A stretch of 64,000 nt of DNA from Tubiluchus corallicola (GCA_030141605.1 JAQGDQ010000260.1:248001-312000); one strand, 5' to 3'. Positions 37,215 through 52,808 are shown, numbered from the stretch's first letter. Notes: generated by a model not told the origin, from the sequence alone. Numbers and translations are program-made.

Positions 37215-39856
37215 CTAAAGCGTAACATATTCTGTTTTAATAAGCTTTTTCTTGAGCTGACTTGAATCGGTGACATTGTGAATTTCTTCACAAATAAGCT
37301 CATCGTGACATTGACACCGGTATTCGACTCTTTTGACTGTTGTGGTCCGTTCCGTAAATTCCTCCAATTCTCCTTCTGAAGACTTCCGTCTGCCCTTTAG
37401 GACATCCTGCCCATCGTCCTCTGTGGATACTTCTATAGCTGTCTTCAGCTTGTCCAGGTTTTGGTAAACCTTCTCTATACTGTTGTAGCAAGGATTTGAC
37501 TTGTCTAATTTGGATAATGGCCTGTAGTTTTGTGAGGAAAGCAGTTTGTAGTCTTGCTCAACATAAAACTCGCATTCGTACAGGACATCTCGTTGTCTTG
37601 ATCTCCGTGGAGATTCTGGACGACCTGCAACGAGAGTAGTATCTAACTCTGCATCACTGCTTTGTGAATCAGGATCGTCAAGTGAATCAAAGGCTGAATC
37701 TGCACGTTCGTGATGATGGCGAATGTCCATGTCATCGCAGGCAGAATCTGCTTGCTCTAACTCCTTTTCAAATTCGCCCGAGTTGCGTTTTGCTTTGTTT
37801 CTTTCCTTGTTTGCGATTCTCATTTGCTGATAGAATTGTGACAACGTTTCGTTGATCTTTACCAGCTCTTTGTCAAGATTTGAGAAATGCTCTTTGTGGT
37901 CTTCAAGCTGAAGACAACCATTACAAGGTGGCGCTGCTCCCTCTTGACCTTCCACTTCAAAGTCGGCTTGCACTAAAGTATCAGTAAGCTGTGTGGGGTC
38001 ATAGGAAACTGAATTCTCGTTGGCAATGGCAAGAAAGTGCTGCTCAAGTTCGCCCAAGAGGCAGTTGACTTTGCTGTATGAAGGTTGCTTTACATCTTGT
38101 GGCTCTATCACATTTTCGTTTTCTTTTACAGGCGAATTAAATGTATAAAATGGTATTTGAAGTGGCTTTGATTTAAGAACGGCCACTTTCTCTTGTGGAA
38201 CATTACAAAGTTCTACTGCCCTTTCTGTGTGAACTTCTTCCGCTTTGGGAAGATGCAACGAATCGTCATGGTCCGTATCACTGGTGTCATAATCTACTAA
38301 AACACAGCCGTTCTGAAACATATTGTCCAACTGAGTACCAGAGTCACTACTGAGATTTTTCATTTCGTCAAACAGAGACTCGTTTTTCCAACCTTGATGG
38401 TCAGAGTGCGAGTTGACCAAGCTGTTGAGTTGCTCTTCCTCTAACGAGGATATAGTCTGATTGAGCTGGTTTTCCAATCGCTGGTTTTCTACTTGAAGCC
38501 TCTTGATTTCATTTGTCAGAGCTTCAATCTACAGAAAAATCAATGCAACGTGTGATTAATACAACACGTATGTACCTAGCATTCTAGCAATCTGTAACAC
38601 GACAATGATATGGGGTTTAATATAGATTTTTATTTATTTATTTGGCTGATTTGTACAAACATACACATTATGCACATTGTCAAATTATATACACATATTT
38701 CAAAACAGCAGTAGCAATAATACGTTGATTAGGGGATAAGGGTGACCAACTTTGGAATGAGGAGGAGCGTAAGCTTTCGTGCCTCACACCTGGTTTGTGG
38801 CAAGCATAATTTTAATGATTCTTAACTGCGTTTCAGAACTATTTCGAATTCCTAATAATGATTGTCCGGAAAAATAATGGACGAATCTTGCCCTATTTAC
38901 AAATTTAGACAAAATGAATAGATTGCTCGCCATCTGTAACAAATTCCCTCTTCCCTTTTCTTAACCTTCGAAAAAATGCTAGGATGAATAACAAACTGAG
39001 TGGATTACGTTAAATTCAAGAGCATATTACACTAGCGAAATACGTGTAATGAAAGAGTTTAAGCCTTTAATCGAACTCCTATGGATTGGCCAATGTACCT
39101 CATAAGAAAATCCAGCATTTTCCTTTCGTAGCTGTTGGAGCTCCTTCTGCGGGGATTTTAACAAGCTCATTTGGCCCTGCAAGGAGATAAACCTCTCTTC
39201 CAGCTCTTCATAATCCCGGAGTTTCCATCGCTGGTGATCCACTTCCTCACGCATCTCTGACACTTTTTGCTTTAGACTTTCTGCCTTCTCTGTTAATTCT
39301 TTGTTGGCAATTTTTAGTCGCTCATTTTCGGTCGTGATGTCATCTTTGTGGAAACTAGAATGGAACAAAACAAGAAAATAGAGTTAACAAAGTTATAATA
39401 TAAAGCAGCAATAAGAAAACTAAATAAAATATATATGTAGGTTACTATTTATTAGGGACAACATTCATTAAAATTGAAGTAAGTTTTTCTGATTTATAAC
39501 AACAGCAGCAGCAGCAGTGACAGCGATAGCAGCGACACCAAAACCAACACCATCGCCAATGCCAACAAGAATGACAATGATAACGACAATGACAATAACA
39601 GCATGATATAACCATGATTATCTATTCAGATTTGACCACAGAAACAAGCAATTTTTGCAGGATACACCATTAGTAGCAGAAGTTATTTCAACTGCTAAAC
39701 AATAAAAATCAAGAAATAAATTCTTTCGAGTTATTGCAGTGTAATTTTCTAAGCAAAAACCAACTGTTAGAGCAGTCACCGTGACAATGACAACAACAAT
39801 AACAATGAGAATGACAACAACAACTTTAACAACTACAGTAGCAGCAGTAACCACCA

Positions 39857-39887
<31 letters not shown>

Positions 39888-40366
39888 CAACAACAACAAC
39901 AACAACAGCAACAACAACAACAGTAGTAGCAACAGCCAGCAGCAGCAACATACAGCAAAAGCAACAGCAGCAGCAACAACAGTAATGACAGCGGCCGCGG
40001 CAATGACAAGGATTATGACAACAACAACGACAATGGCGTTGGTTTTTATTTTTACAACAACAACAAGAATGATTTATAGTGACTTTATTGCACTACTGCT
40101 CTCTGAATTATTTAAATTGGTAATCAACTGCAGTTAAGTTCAGCATTGTCATTGTTTTCACCGGACGCAACCACAGTTTCTCAGTTACTCATCACTTCAC
40201 TTAACACACACCTGAGTTTACGTAATCGGCGTAGTTCAGCCTCTAACTCTATCAGTGTAGACCTCCATTGATCAGTTATTCGCTCTGTCTCTTCTTGTAT
40301 TCGTTCTTCGTAATTCTCCTCCTCCGCGGCCAGATGTTTTGTCACGAGTCGACATCGTTCTAGTGC
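37215..40366 (-). CDS. 3' part (three exons) of an uncharacterised coiled-coil protein; 5' exon(s) not located
   Basis: Exons 40366-40212 (tacag|ALERCRL...LRRLRKL|gtgtgt, phase 2), 39354-39099 (tctag|..FHKDD...AGFSYE|gtacat, phase 0) and 38528-37215 (tgtag|IEALTNEIKRLQ...KTEYVTL*). In frame, 574 aa, E/K/Q/L heptad-rich N-part and acidic Ser-rich C-part. Confidence 0.88.
39780..40035. repeat. (CAA/CAG)n degenerate trinucleotide tract in an intron of the coiled-coil gene
   Basis: Direct inspection. Confidence 0.9.
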
Positions 40367-43300
40367 CTGTAAAACAAACAAAAACAACCTGCATATCATA
40401 TAGAAGAACAATGCAATTTCACAAAATTGACACAGTGTTAATAATAACAAAGAAAAATTACTAATAATAACAACAAGAAAAAATACTTCAGTTACGGGAA
40501 ATTAAGCATTTTATTAGTCAATATCAGTAAATGAAACTTCTGTTGAAACTGCAAGGTCTCGTCTACAGTCTTTTCGTCATTACATCTGAGGTTCCTAGCA
40601 TTTTTTACACCCTTAAACAAAATATTTGACAGCATCTGTATCTTTCAACTTAGTGTGACACTTCAAGAATCAAGGTCAAGGCACCCACTAATTTTGTCGG
40701 TTAAAGACTTATGACATTTTGGACTTGACCCCCGAATTACTTTTTGGAGTCCGTGGAATTAAAAAGTGAATTGTGGCGCGAAACTGAAATTCAACTGAAA
40801 TTAATAATACAGTAACTTTTTAAAACCTTGACTTAATGACGCATTATAACTTACTGTTATCTAAACATGTATCTAAAAGTCACATGGGGTAGATCTATAC
40901 CTAAGTCACGAGGGTTTTTAAAGTTCAAATGTCTATTTAGTCATTCTGTAACTTGCTTGCCTGCTTACTTCGTTTTCTGAAGATGGCGTCAGGAAACGAC
41001 ACGATGAATGAACAACATTAATGACTAGGTTGCTGCTGTCATTAGTGTTTTTGTAAAGGTTTTGCTTTATTTGAATAGCGTTAACAGCAGAACAAAATAA
41101 AATAATAGCAGTTGGAATCAGTCGGGCCATTCTTCATTTTTCAAGTAGCTCAGAAATAGCCATAAGACAGTGAGTTTCTAAAACAATTTTCTTATTTCCT
41201 CTAGCTATTTCCTGCATATGGATAAGCAGACATCGCGACAATGACTGCCTGCCAACAGTCCAACACCAATGCATTGCTTTAAAAGTGTGCAAAATCATAG
41301 TGTTCAGTACAGGCAACGAAATACCAATCACCCTAATTTCGGCCATACTTTCTCAGTCTGTCAATTTGGACATCTCGCTATACAGCATTATCTGTGTCAT
41401 GGTAAATATTTGCTGCCGTAGTTATGATATCAGCTTATATGTACGAATTGTCTAAACGTCAGCTTAGTGGGCATTGTTTGCAAATTACTTAAGTAAACGG
41501 AAACAATGATTTACTCATCAATTAGGGCATAATTTATTGGATGCACAAGATTTCAGCCAATAACAATCAAACTATAGCGATAGTTAGTTACTTCCTACAC
41601 AAACTGTCACTGTGGTCTGTGTTAACTTAGCCACATACTTAACTGGGTTATTGAAATGCAAAACGCACAATCTTGACGAAACGGTTTTTGTATGTTTTGT
41701 TTCGAGCACGGTATGCTCAACACACGAACATGTCTGCCTGCCATACGTGTGGCCTAGATCTGCCAACGCTAACAAGCCACGTTTGAATTAAGCCATGTAA
41801 TTAAACTTAATAAGCGTAAACCAACACTGTTTTTAACTAGGAGGTATTCAGCAGTTGAAAGAAACAGAATTGTTCTAAATTCTTGAAACTGAACAGCCAA
41901 AAAGCTAACGACTTGCTATTGTGTTTTCTAACCATGCAAACAAGCTTAGAAACGTGCTGTTCTACATTCTTTGCTGACGAATTGCTTTTTGCATAGAATC
42001 AAAAATTGACATTTTTAAATAATTTTCAAGATCAACTTAAAATTAAAATCAGTTGACTTAAATAATAAATAAATTAGTAAAGTAAATAAATAAGCTGCGA
42101 AACAAATAAGTAATAAACGGCATAAACAAACAAACAAGCAAACAAACTAACAAACACACAAAGAAACAAACAAACAAATAACAAACAAGCAACTAGATAG
42201 GGGAGAGTTAGGCATATTGAAAAAGTTTCTATATTGGACCTTTGTAATATCAGTTCACTGTTAATGACTCAGTTTCTTTGCAAAAGAACGTAGTTGACTT
42301 CATTTACTAAAAAGTGATGGCAAGCAAACATGCAAACTTATTTTTTGTGCATATTTTCTAAGAGATAATGCGTAACAGATGTGGGTGAACAATAGCAAAT
42401 GCCACTATAGACCAACGTTACATAGGTTCACATAGGTTCTAATTTGACCCTAGTGTCTGAATAAATTTCATTGAAAATGACTGTATTGTTTGCTTGGCAT
42501 TGCGCTATATCTGTAACACACGATTTTGCTATATTGGACCACCTTAAAATTTTATATTGAACAAATGGTCTAAGATAGGATATAGGATGTAAAGTATGCA
42601 GCGGACCAACATAGAAGACCAGTGGTTCAATATAAGCTATTGGGATTCATGTATGTTGTATACTCATCTTTTTGTTTGAGCACTATTATTAATAAACCAT
42701 GGCACTCAGTTTATTTTAATTTTGCATAAATTATTTCCAATATAATATGTGAATAAATTTAAAAAGTCTGATTTATCTCATTTTGGTGTAACCAAGGAAA
42801 TCGCTTGGAAACGGGTTTAGAAAAAACCTTAGCGACTTAGTTTCCAAATTTAATTTCCTAATCAATAAAATACGTTAATAATAATTGATAAGGACCAAAG
42901 TTTATATTTTTAACAAGTACTTAGAATGCCTAAGGGTCTCTAAGTGCATAAGTGCATCTATGCTTAAGTGCAGCTGTTTAACAACCATAGCTTCTCTTTT
43001 GCAAGAATTAATTTTGATGCAGTGAAGTAGGTTCCTTAGGGGTCCAATATACCCTAAATAAATAACAATGAATATCAACATATTGAAACACCAGAAAAAT
43101 TGTTTTATGACACTGAATTTTAAAGTGGTGGAGATTTCATATAATTATTGCACTATATATAATAAAAAGGAGCTTAAGTGGTGCAATTTCGTATAATAAT
43201 TTAATTTTAAAATGATAGGTGATTACGATGTGGTATACTATTGTGAGGCATGGTAGAGTGTGGCATGATTGTGGTAAGGTGTACTGTTGTGACTTGATGT

Positions 43301-44293
43301 GATGAGTGGTATAATGATGTGATGTAGTGTCGTACAGCGTTGTGTGGCATGCCCTAATATAATGTGGCGCGCTGTGTTACGGTATGATGTGATTGCATAT
43401 ACCACGTATAGTACGCCGTGATGTGATGTGTCATGACTATGCCGTGCTGTGGTTTGATATGGTAAGCTGAGGTGTGTCCTTTTGTGTTGTGTTATGATTT
43501 ATTATGTTGTGATGTGTTGTCGTTTTAATAACTACAATGATCTTTTTCCCGGCGCAATGGGCACACTCCAGATTGGTGGCCTTTTACAGATAATCTCCTC
43601 CAGTTTCAGAAAGCGCTTGCAATAAGTGTGTTAATACAACTGGGTGAGTTGGTTAGTATTATCTATAGCACCACATAAAACACGGTGTAAGTTTGTAACA
43701 AGCTACGGCTATCAATTATGTATAGATGACTGCATAAAGAGAGGCCCATTGTGAGTCAGCGCAGCTCTCCAAGTTGGTAATGAACTTCCTAGTTGGCCAA
43801 AAAATTCCAATCATCTGTGTATCAATCTCAAGGTAAAGCAACACGAGACGAACGCGCTTTAAACAAGCAGCTATTGTGATCGGTTATTGGCCATGTTTTT
43901 GTGAAAAACACGCGGCAAAATTTCTTTTCTGTCGCGTCTTTGTCCCGTAAAGATACCTTATTTGCTACTGTTAAAACGTAAGCATTCCAGGGGTTCTAAT
44001 AGTTCCAGTAGGAAATTCCGTCAAATGAAAAGCATAACATTGCGCAGGTTTCAATAAAATTGTGTTGCTTTATCGCTCGCTTCGTCGATCTTCGTTTTCT
44101 GTTTCCTATTTTTATTCATTAATGTAATGCAGGCACATGAAATCAAATACTTTTACAACCTTCACCGTCTGTCGCACTTGTTTTATGTGAAAAGTCCACC
44201 TTTTTATATCATGTATTTCTATGAGACATAACGTAGTAAATGTATACTTCGTCGCAACCTTAACTTTGGAATAAGTTATAAAGGCTTTTTAAA

Positions 44294-44990
<697 letters not shown>

Positions 44991-47900
44991 CAGCTGAAAT
45001 AAACAGCAAGCAAGCAGTCAATTAACCAATCAAAACTCAATCAACGAATCAACCAAACATTCTGCCAGCCGGGAAGGGAACAAAAAAATCTATCCATCAA
45101 GCAAGTAAATGAAGTAAATAGCAAGAAAGTCCATGATACACGTATTTGTAAAAGCCCGTGAAAAAACATTGTGCCTCTAGGCTTAAAGTGTTACAAAAGG
45201 GACTGTAGCTCGCACTATGAATATCAATAATTCAGTTTTATATGACATTTATCTTTCGATATCATTATAGTATTGCCATACGTTTTCAATGTTGTTTGTT
45301 TTTCTTCATCTGTTTCAGTATTAAATTTGTTTGTTGCTCAATGTAGGTTAACACGATTTTTCTACAGTTAACCTGCTTACAATGACAGCTGGTCTATACT
45401 AATAATAATTAATTGATTCTTTGTTATTAAAAATTGCCCAGGGGAATCCACGGAATTATTATACTGTTTTCAACCTTGTTGAGATACCGTTGTTTTTTAG
45501 TACCCTCAAGTGACTGGCTGAAAAGTGAAGTCAACTTTTTCCACTAAAGTAACTGTTGTGCAATATAACCTAATGGTTTTTAAACCACGCAGTAATAATC
45601 AATGTAGCTTATAGTGATGCTAACTAAGTTACCGTTAACTAACAGTTAAATGCTTTGTAGCCCATTAAATCTTAATTAATTTTAGGCCACTGATGAAAGA
45701 GTAAATATGCCGAAATGCAAGGGTCATCCAATATGGGTTTGGCAAACTGCAAGTTATTGTTGTGGTCAATGCAGTGAGTATAATTTATTCGAAAATTATT
45801 CGGATGAATATCATAAATATCAGTATCTGGTATCCAATGAAGCAACCATTAAATAGCAGTTCACTTGTTTTGCCTATAAAAGTTACTAATTGTTTCTAAT
45901 ACTCAAATAATTACCTTGGAAAGTTAATTAATGGTAACCGAACACAGCTGTTGCTTACGTCACAAACTAACCACAGTTCGTGCAATGTAGTAGGCATCTT
46001 TACTTGCGCGCCAAGCACGCTCGAGTAAGCATATTGCTGTAAGACGCTGATGTGATGTCACGAAAATGAGCCCTACGTGTCACTGACGTCAGAGATGAAC
46101 ACGGCATTTCACGATCAAGCTTATCACGGTACCGCGCTTATTTGTCGACCACGCGAATGTGACAAATATGCGCCATTACCAGTCTTAGTGGATTCGCTGA
46201 GCCGCGCGTAGCTTTGAAAGTTTAACAAAATTTAACTATCCGATATATAATAGAAACTATTATTTAATCTAAGCTTTGATTTAAAAAATATTTTATGGCA
46301 TACTTTATTTTGAATTAATGTCTATACAATCGTCTGGTTTTCCTTTAAGTTACCGTATTCGGCAATTGTTCGTCCAAATATCATTGATATCACTAACCGC
46401 TATGCAGTAAACGTACCATAAAATAACAATTCACCTATTTAAGCTATTAAGCAAGCACTCATGGACTTCGTTTTGTTGGTGAAATTGGTCTCTTACGCTT
46501 GGGATCTCGGTAGAGCTCGGAAGATCTTATCAGACACGTGGACCAACATAAATGAAGTCTTTAAGCAAACATAAGTTACTGTAACTCCACCCTTGACCAA
46601 TTCAAGATTAACATAGGACCTTCAAATAATAAAAACAGTTAAATACAAGCGCGCATAAAGCATCAAGAGAACACAGACAGCGTCCAAAAAACTGACTTTG
46701 CATTGAATTTGTATTGACAAAACTTGACTTTAAGGATTTCTAGTGAAAATAAGTGGAAAAACTTGGCATTTTAGCTTGTTGAAAAGATTGCTTAGTATAA
46801 TAATGAATGTGATGTGAGAAAGGAGTGGATGCTGCGGAGATGATGTTGATGATGATGATGGTAGTAATGCTGAAGATGCTAGTAATGACGATAACACTGA
46901 TGGACGGTAACAACAGCAACAGCAGCGACGACAACGACGTAGTGGAGTGCATTAACAGTGGTATATGTTGATTGTGGCAGGAACAGCTTATTTGAATCGG
47001 TGTGGCCGAGTCATTGTGTGAATAATCGCATCAATGGCGAAGAGGTGACGAGGGGATGGAAGAGAAGAACACTCCATCAATGTCTTCGTCATTACTAACA
47101 TCATCAACATAGTGACTGAAGTGACCTCCAAAAGCTTTGACCACATGGTCCCAAAAATTATATCTTTAAAACGGATACATGTACACCAAAATTTCAAACG
47201 AACTAGCAGCTGTGGCCTTCCCATTGAAGTCCATACTATTAATGTGTATTAGTAACTGAGAAAGAACGTGAGTAAATAATAATAAGAGGTAATTCCCAAA
47301 GGTCAGCTGCACTTATCATCAAATTAATGACAGCCAAGGTGCCTTTCGTTGCCAATGTATCACCACAAGTAACTTTCAAATTTGACTTAATAACCTGCGC
47401 ATGCCTACAGAAAACATTACTACAATTATCGCTGATAAGGAGTGCAACTATGACAATAATTATTGGTAATTTCAAGATCAAAATTTATCGGTGGCATGTA
47501 GTTTAAGCTAAAACGCAAATACGAGGGTTGTCATTTATTTGTCAAATATGATGTGGTCAGATATTACATATTTTGCTTTTTAGCAAGAAAATTTTAAACT
47601 GTAAGTTGCTTTCCTACGGAGTACATGTATACCACCTCTTGCAATAAACGGAGAAACATGCAGATTAAAAAAATCCAAATTAAAAATAATCGTAGTTGAT
47701 CAGCAAAGTGCCACTATATTAATTTAACATTTGCTGTAAATCCGCGATAAAGGCAAAATGCAAATGCCCCCAAGAAAGTAACATAACGTATGTGCAAACT
47801 AACATAATTTTTCATTTTTGTGATAGAGTCAGATTCCAAGTTATCATAACAAAGCTAAACATAGGTGAAGTATCCCCTCATTTAACTAACAATGGTTGTT

Positions 47901-48912
47901 CGACAATAGAAAATTAAGCAGTCACATGCAAGCAAAATCTTCGTTTTCTCAAGAAAAAATCAATTCCAGCAAATGTTTACTCTGCAGCCGTTACATATGT
48001 AGGGAATAACTTCACAGCACCTTATAAGCTACCCAAACATGATGGCAAGTTCATAGGATCATTTGACTACATACATCATATCAACTGCAGAAGTGACTTC
48101 TACGTTTGATCTCATAATTGGCACAACTTCAAAACAGGGATTCAGCAATTAAGCAGTAGTCATGAGAATGAGGATGAATCGATGCATCATATATGTCTGA
48201 TCTCTTTTCACTTTTTATAATCGCCATAATGAAAGCAAATAAGGAGGTCATAGTGACGTTTTAATTACCGTTTAGATAATCCCTTTCACTTGTAGCGTTT
48301 CTCAATGAGCATTCATCAACAATAAGTTCCTTTGTATATTTGCCAGTAATTTGCACTTTTGCAATGAACCTAATTTCAGAGACTAAAAGCAGTGATACAC
48401 GATTAACTCGGAGTACAAAACCTCCCTATAATTTTTCCATGTTAAATGTCAATTCATCTTGAAGCTTTGATTACAGTGCAAGTAAGACCAAGTAGTGTGT
48501 GACATCATTATGCACTGATAAGTACAATAGGCTATTCTTAATATACTAAAGACTGAAAGTGAGGCTAGGCTAATACATAGAAGAGTTAAAACATTTTCAC
48601 TTTTGTGGCTTTCACCAAGCTTAAGGTGCGATTCCCATCGTCGAAGGATACGCTGGTTGGTTGGTTGACTGCTCTGGTTAGTTGGCTGCGTGGTTGGTCT
48701 CAAAACAGATTTGTTGATTAGCTGTTTGTTTGTTTGGTTTGTTGGTTGATTTTTGCTTTCTTGGGTGGTTCATACGTTTTTTGTTTTTCCCTCATTCGTT
48801 CGTTTATTCAATCTTTTAATTTTTCATTTTCTTAATCTTACAGACTCACCAATCGATCAATTCCTAACACATCCACACAATTATTTATTTCCTATTTTCA
48901 GTTTATGTACAA

Positions 48913-48948
<36 letters not shown>

Positions 48949-50070
48949 GTCAAATTTTTTTCTGAAATATGTTCTAATTAATAACCATGTTGCAAATATT
49001 TCGAAAGTTATGAAAACACTGGCAGCAGAATTCATAGAAACCTTTTTCAACACTTCTGGCTCAAAACCCGTAAGGTTGGATTCTCTGATGAACTATATAT
49101 AACAACGAACCATTAATTGTAGCAGCACGAACATAGATGCTAATTACCAAACACCCTTTCACCTGTTAGAAAATCGCTGGCAAATGTTTTAAGTAGGATC
49201 CTCATGCGACCCTATTTCACTTTCACTTAATTCTTAGAGAGAGAACTGACCGCTTCATCATAGATTACAGGTCTTAAACAACGGAAAACTATGTCAGGTT
49301 TTGTGCTGTATGTCAACTAAGCGCTTCTATGCATTTTGTTGCGGTGAGAAAATATTATCGTAGGTTCGCTTTTGTCTTGTCTAGCCTGATCTACATACTT
49401 CGCTTTGATAATCTGATTGTCTAGAGTTTGCGAGGCGTCTGTGTTTCTTTTCCACCCGCATGTTCATCATTGATAGCATGTGTTGTGCTTTATTGTTAAT
49501 ATCGTCCAAATATTCTTTTTAAAGGCGAACGAAACGCACTTTCGATTACGCATAACGAATGTTTTGTTAACATAATATTTAGATAGCCGATAGTACGCAA
49601 ATATGTATGAGAAGCTATGACCGTACATACAATATACGTTTTAACAAATAATTATTTTACCAATGATGGTCCGAATGTGCACAATTATCTAGAAAAAGCA
49701 AAGCTGCAAAATGTGTAGAGTATAAGATTTTTACGCCGTATTTCATTTATATGCAACGCTGAAAGTTACATAAGTTGTGTGTGTTTAGTAGTTGTGAGTG
49801 CTTAATTTACCATATTCATTGCGTTTTGTAAAGTTAATGAGTTGGAAAAATCTACGCGCAAGTATTAATGAGACACAACCGTTAGCGGAATGATTATTAA
49901 AAATCTTACTAGGTCGAGGTGAGCGTGGTGAAAAGTTGCACTTTTTTCAATGAGGCTGTAAAACAAAAGACAGAAATTAATGAACTGACTTCAAGTCAGC
50001 TGTTAATTGAAACATAGAATTAGCTTAGAGTATCATAATTTGCGAGTTGTACCGTAATTCACTACCAAAG

Positions 50071-50138
<68 letters not shown>

Positions 50139-50197
50139 CTCTCTCTCTCTTTCCCCTCTCTCTCTCCCTTTTCTCTCTCTCTCTCTCTTTCTCTCAA

Positions 50198-50278
<81 letters not shown>
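50071..50278. repeat. (CT)n microsatellite
   Basis: Direct inspection. Confidence 0.97.
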
Positions 50279-50281
<3 letters not shown>

Positions 50282-52643
50282 GCTTTCCCCCTTAGACATT
50301 TGCCACTCCTATCTTTACGAATGGGCTTCGGGAAAATTAAAATAATTATGACCTAACTGCATTACTCATTCACTAATTAAAAGCAAACAACGGCAACAGT
50401 TACTGCAACGGTGTTTTTCTAGTGTCGGTCTATAATCTGCAAAAGCACGTCTTAGTGCACAGAAGTCACTAGGTTAGACTTTAAGACAAATAAATGAGGT
50501 AAAACAAACATGTGTACGACTCTTTAGTTTTGTTTACTTGCATAGCAAAAGTTTGCAAGCACGTTGTTGAAGAGATGTGTTGACAAACAATAGCAAGTCT
50601 GCACGCTATTGCCGACAAAGAAATGTGGAATGGGATCATAATTAGATTAAATTTACCTCTGACTTGCAAAAATTACTTCTTTGTTCCTCTATTAAGTTCG
50701 TGAGTGATGCAGATCAGTTTGAATAATTTAAGACGGTATGAACTTATAATTCTTGATAATTTCTGAGACTAGTGGACGACACACGTTTCATACAATATAC
50801 TCCTTGTTTTGCTAAACACACGACACGATTCTATACACAATACATACACAATGCCTTTTTCGTAGTTATTTATAATTCTTACTGCAAGATTATTGCTAAT
50901 AATAAAATAAATTATCATAAAATCATCCTTTGCTGAAAGAGAAAATTTAAAACAGTCGTCAAATGAACTTGGATTTCAACGGAGGACCTTTGGTTACAAA
51001 ACTTTGGTTTGATACGTCCGACTAAATCACACAGCCACTTGGTAACTCAAAGATCCCTATTTTGAATCCAAATTCAGTCCAAACGTTTTCACACCATTTC
51101 CTTTCGATAGCGTTTGGTTTGTTAAACTTTTACTAACTGTGAGTCTATGCTATCACAAAAATATTGCTGCAAGATATTTTCATCTTACGTCGTATATTTC
51201 AAACTTTTTTGTACTATTACAAAAATTTTGTACAGTATACATTAGATAAAAAACCTTACTTGTCAGCAACTAGTACGATAATAATTGTGCTAGAGCAACA
51301 TTAGACTAACTAATTACGTTAACCTGAGCACTAAGACCCAATACAGGGGCAAAATTTGTACTTGAAAGCTGTACATTTGTAAAGAAAATGTCAAAAGGGG
51401 AGACAGATCACGTCTTTATTACACTAAAACCTTCATGGATAAGTAACCGTATAGTATAGATCTAGTTTGTCGTTAATCTCAATTTCGAATTCACACAGAA
51501 AATAAAACCAAGGAAAACCAATTGTATGTGCTCATAAATTTTACATTTGTAAATTCTTAATTAACTTGACTTTGGTTATTAGCTCATGTGTCGTAATAGT
51601 TTGGGAAAACTTAAAAGACGAGTTTAAATGCACTACCTCTTTGAATAGAAATTTTCAAGCGTGGTGGTTGCCGCCATTCACTTAAAAATCATTATTTAAC
51701 ATGACGTAACTTTTCGTAAACGCGTCGTGGCTTTCCGGAAGCGCGCGTTGCTTAAACTAATTCAAACTTCTGCAACTTACCTAATGTTCACGCAAAAATA
51801 TTGCAAAATTAGCTATCTAGTTTTTTTCTAAAAACTTACTATACTTTAACATTAGATTAACAGTGCGCTATTTTTCTTTAAGACGAATGACGTCATTGGA
51901 GGAAGAATTAGCATAGAAAAGTGGAGCGCCCAAGCATGAAGTGATCGTGACTTTAAAATGATTTTACTAATTTCACGAGGTGCTTAATACAGTTTTATTA
52001 TTAAATACTCCTAACATTCTTCTCGAAGATTGCAATAAGTCTAAACCTCCTAGAAGCCTTATCCTTTCCTTTAATACTTGGCAAGGTTTGAATATAGATT
52101 TTATATATAGTTCTTAATATGCTTACAGTTACGTCTTTGCAAAAATGACTTCCTCTGTAACTTTGTTCTTAATAGGTGTTTTGCCTTATAAAGTTCGAAG
52201 TTATAAAGACTGAATATTATTGTAACACACTTGATACACTTTTACTTTGTACACTAATCTGGTCAAATTGTTTGGTTTTGTTCTCCAAGAGGAGAAACCT
52301 TGACGAACTCCAGGGATTCTAGGTTGTTTCTTATCAAAACATCTTGCTCTGCGCACTTAGGTTCCTTTTGTCTCCTCTCAACTCGCAGACTTCTGCAGGT
52401 CATTAACTTTTTCAGTTTATGGGCTAGCTTAACACTTATAAGTTAGGAATCACACGTGCTTCAGAATATTTATTTTTATCTATTTTAATTAAAACCCAAG
52501 AAAACACCCCTGATAAATAAAGCTTTAAAAGTTCGTCATGGAATTTTATATCACTTATCTGCTGTTTTATCACATACAGAGTTGGCCTTAGTAGTAACTC
52601 TGTATAACACTTTTAAATTTAACTCCCGCAAAAACAGTATGAG

Positions 52644-52772
52644 TCGTATACCCCATCATTTTTTCCTACTTGTTGCATGCTGCTAAGGTGCACGACCCAG
52701 GTTCAGTTCCTCGTCACGACGATTTCTGGAACAATCATAGATTTTCTGTTTCATAATAAAATTATTTATACG

Positions 52773-52808
<36 letters not shown>

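Noticed and set aside
42200-43060. Old DNA transposon suggested by repeated ATATTGGACC / GGTCCAATAT motifs
   Set aside because: Termini and TSD too degenerate to define boundaries.
47935-48225. Plus-strand protein-like frame (..APYKLPKHDGKFIGSFDYIHHINC..)
   Set aside because: Has an internal stop and no splice chain or domain signature; compatible with chance.
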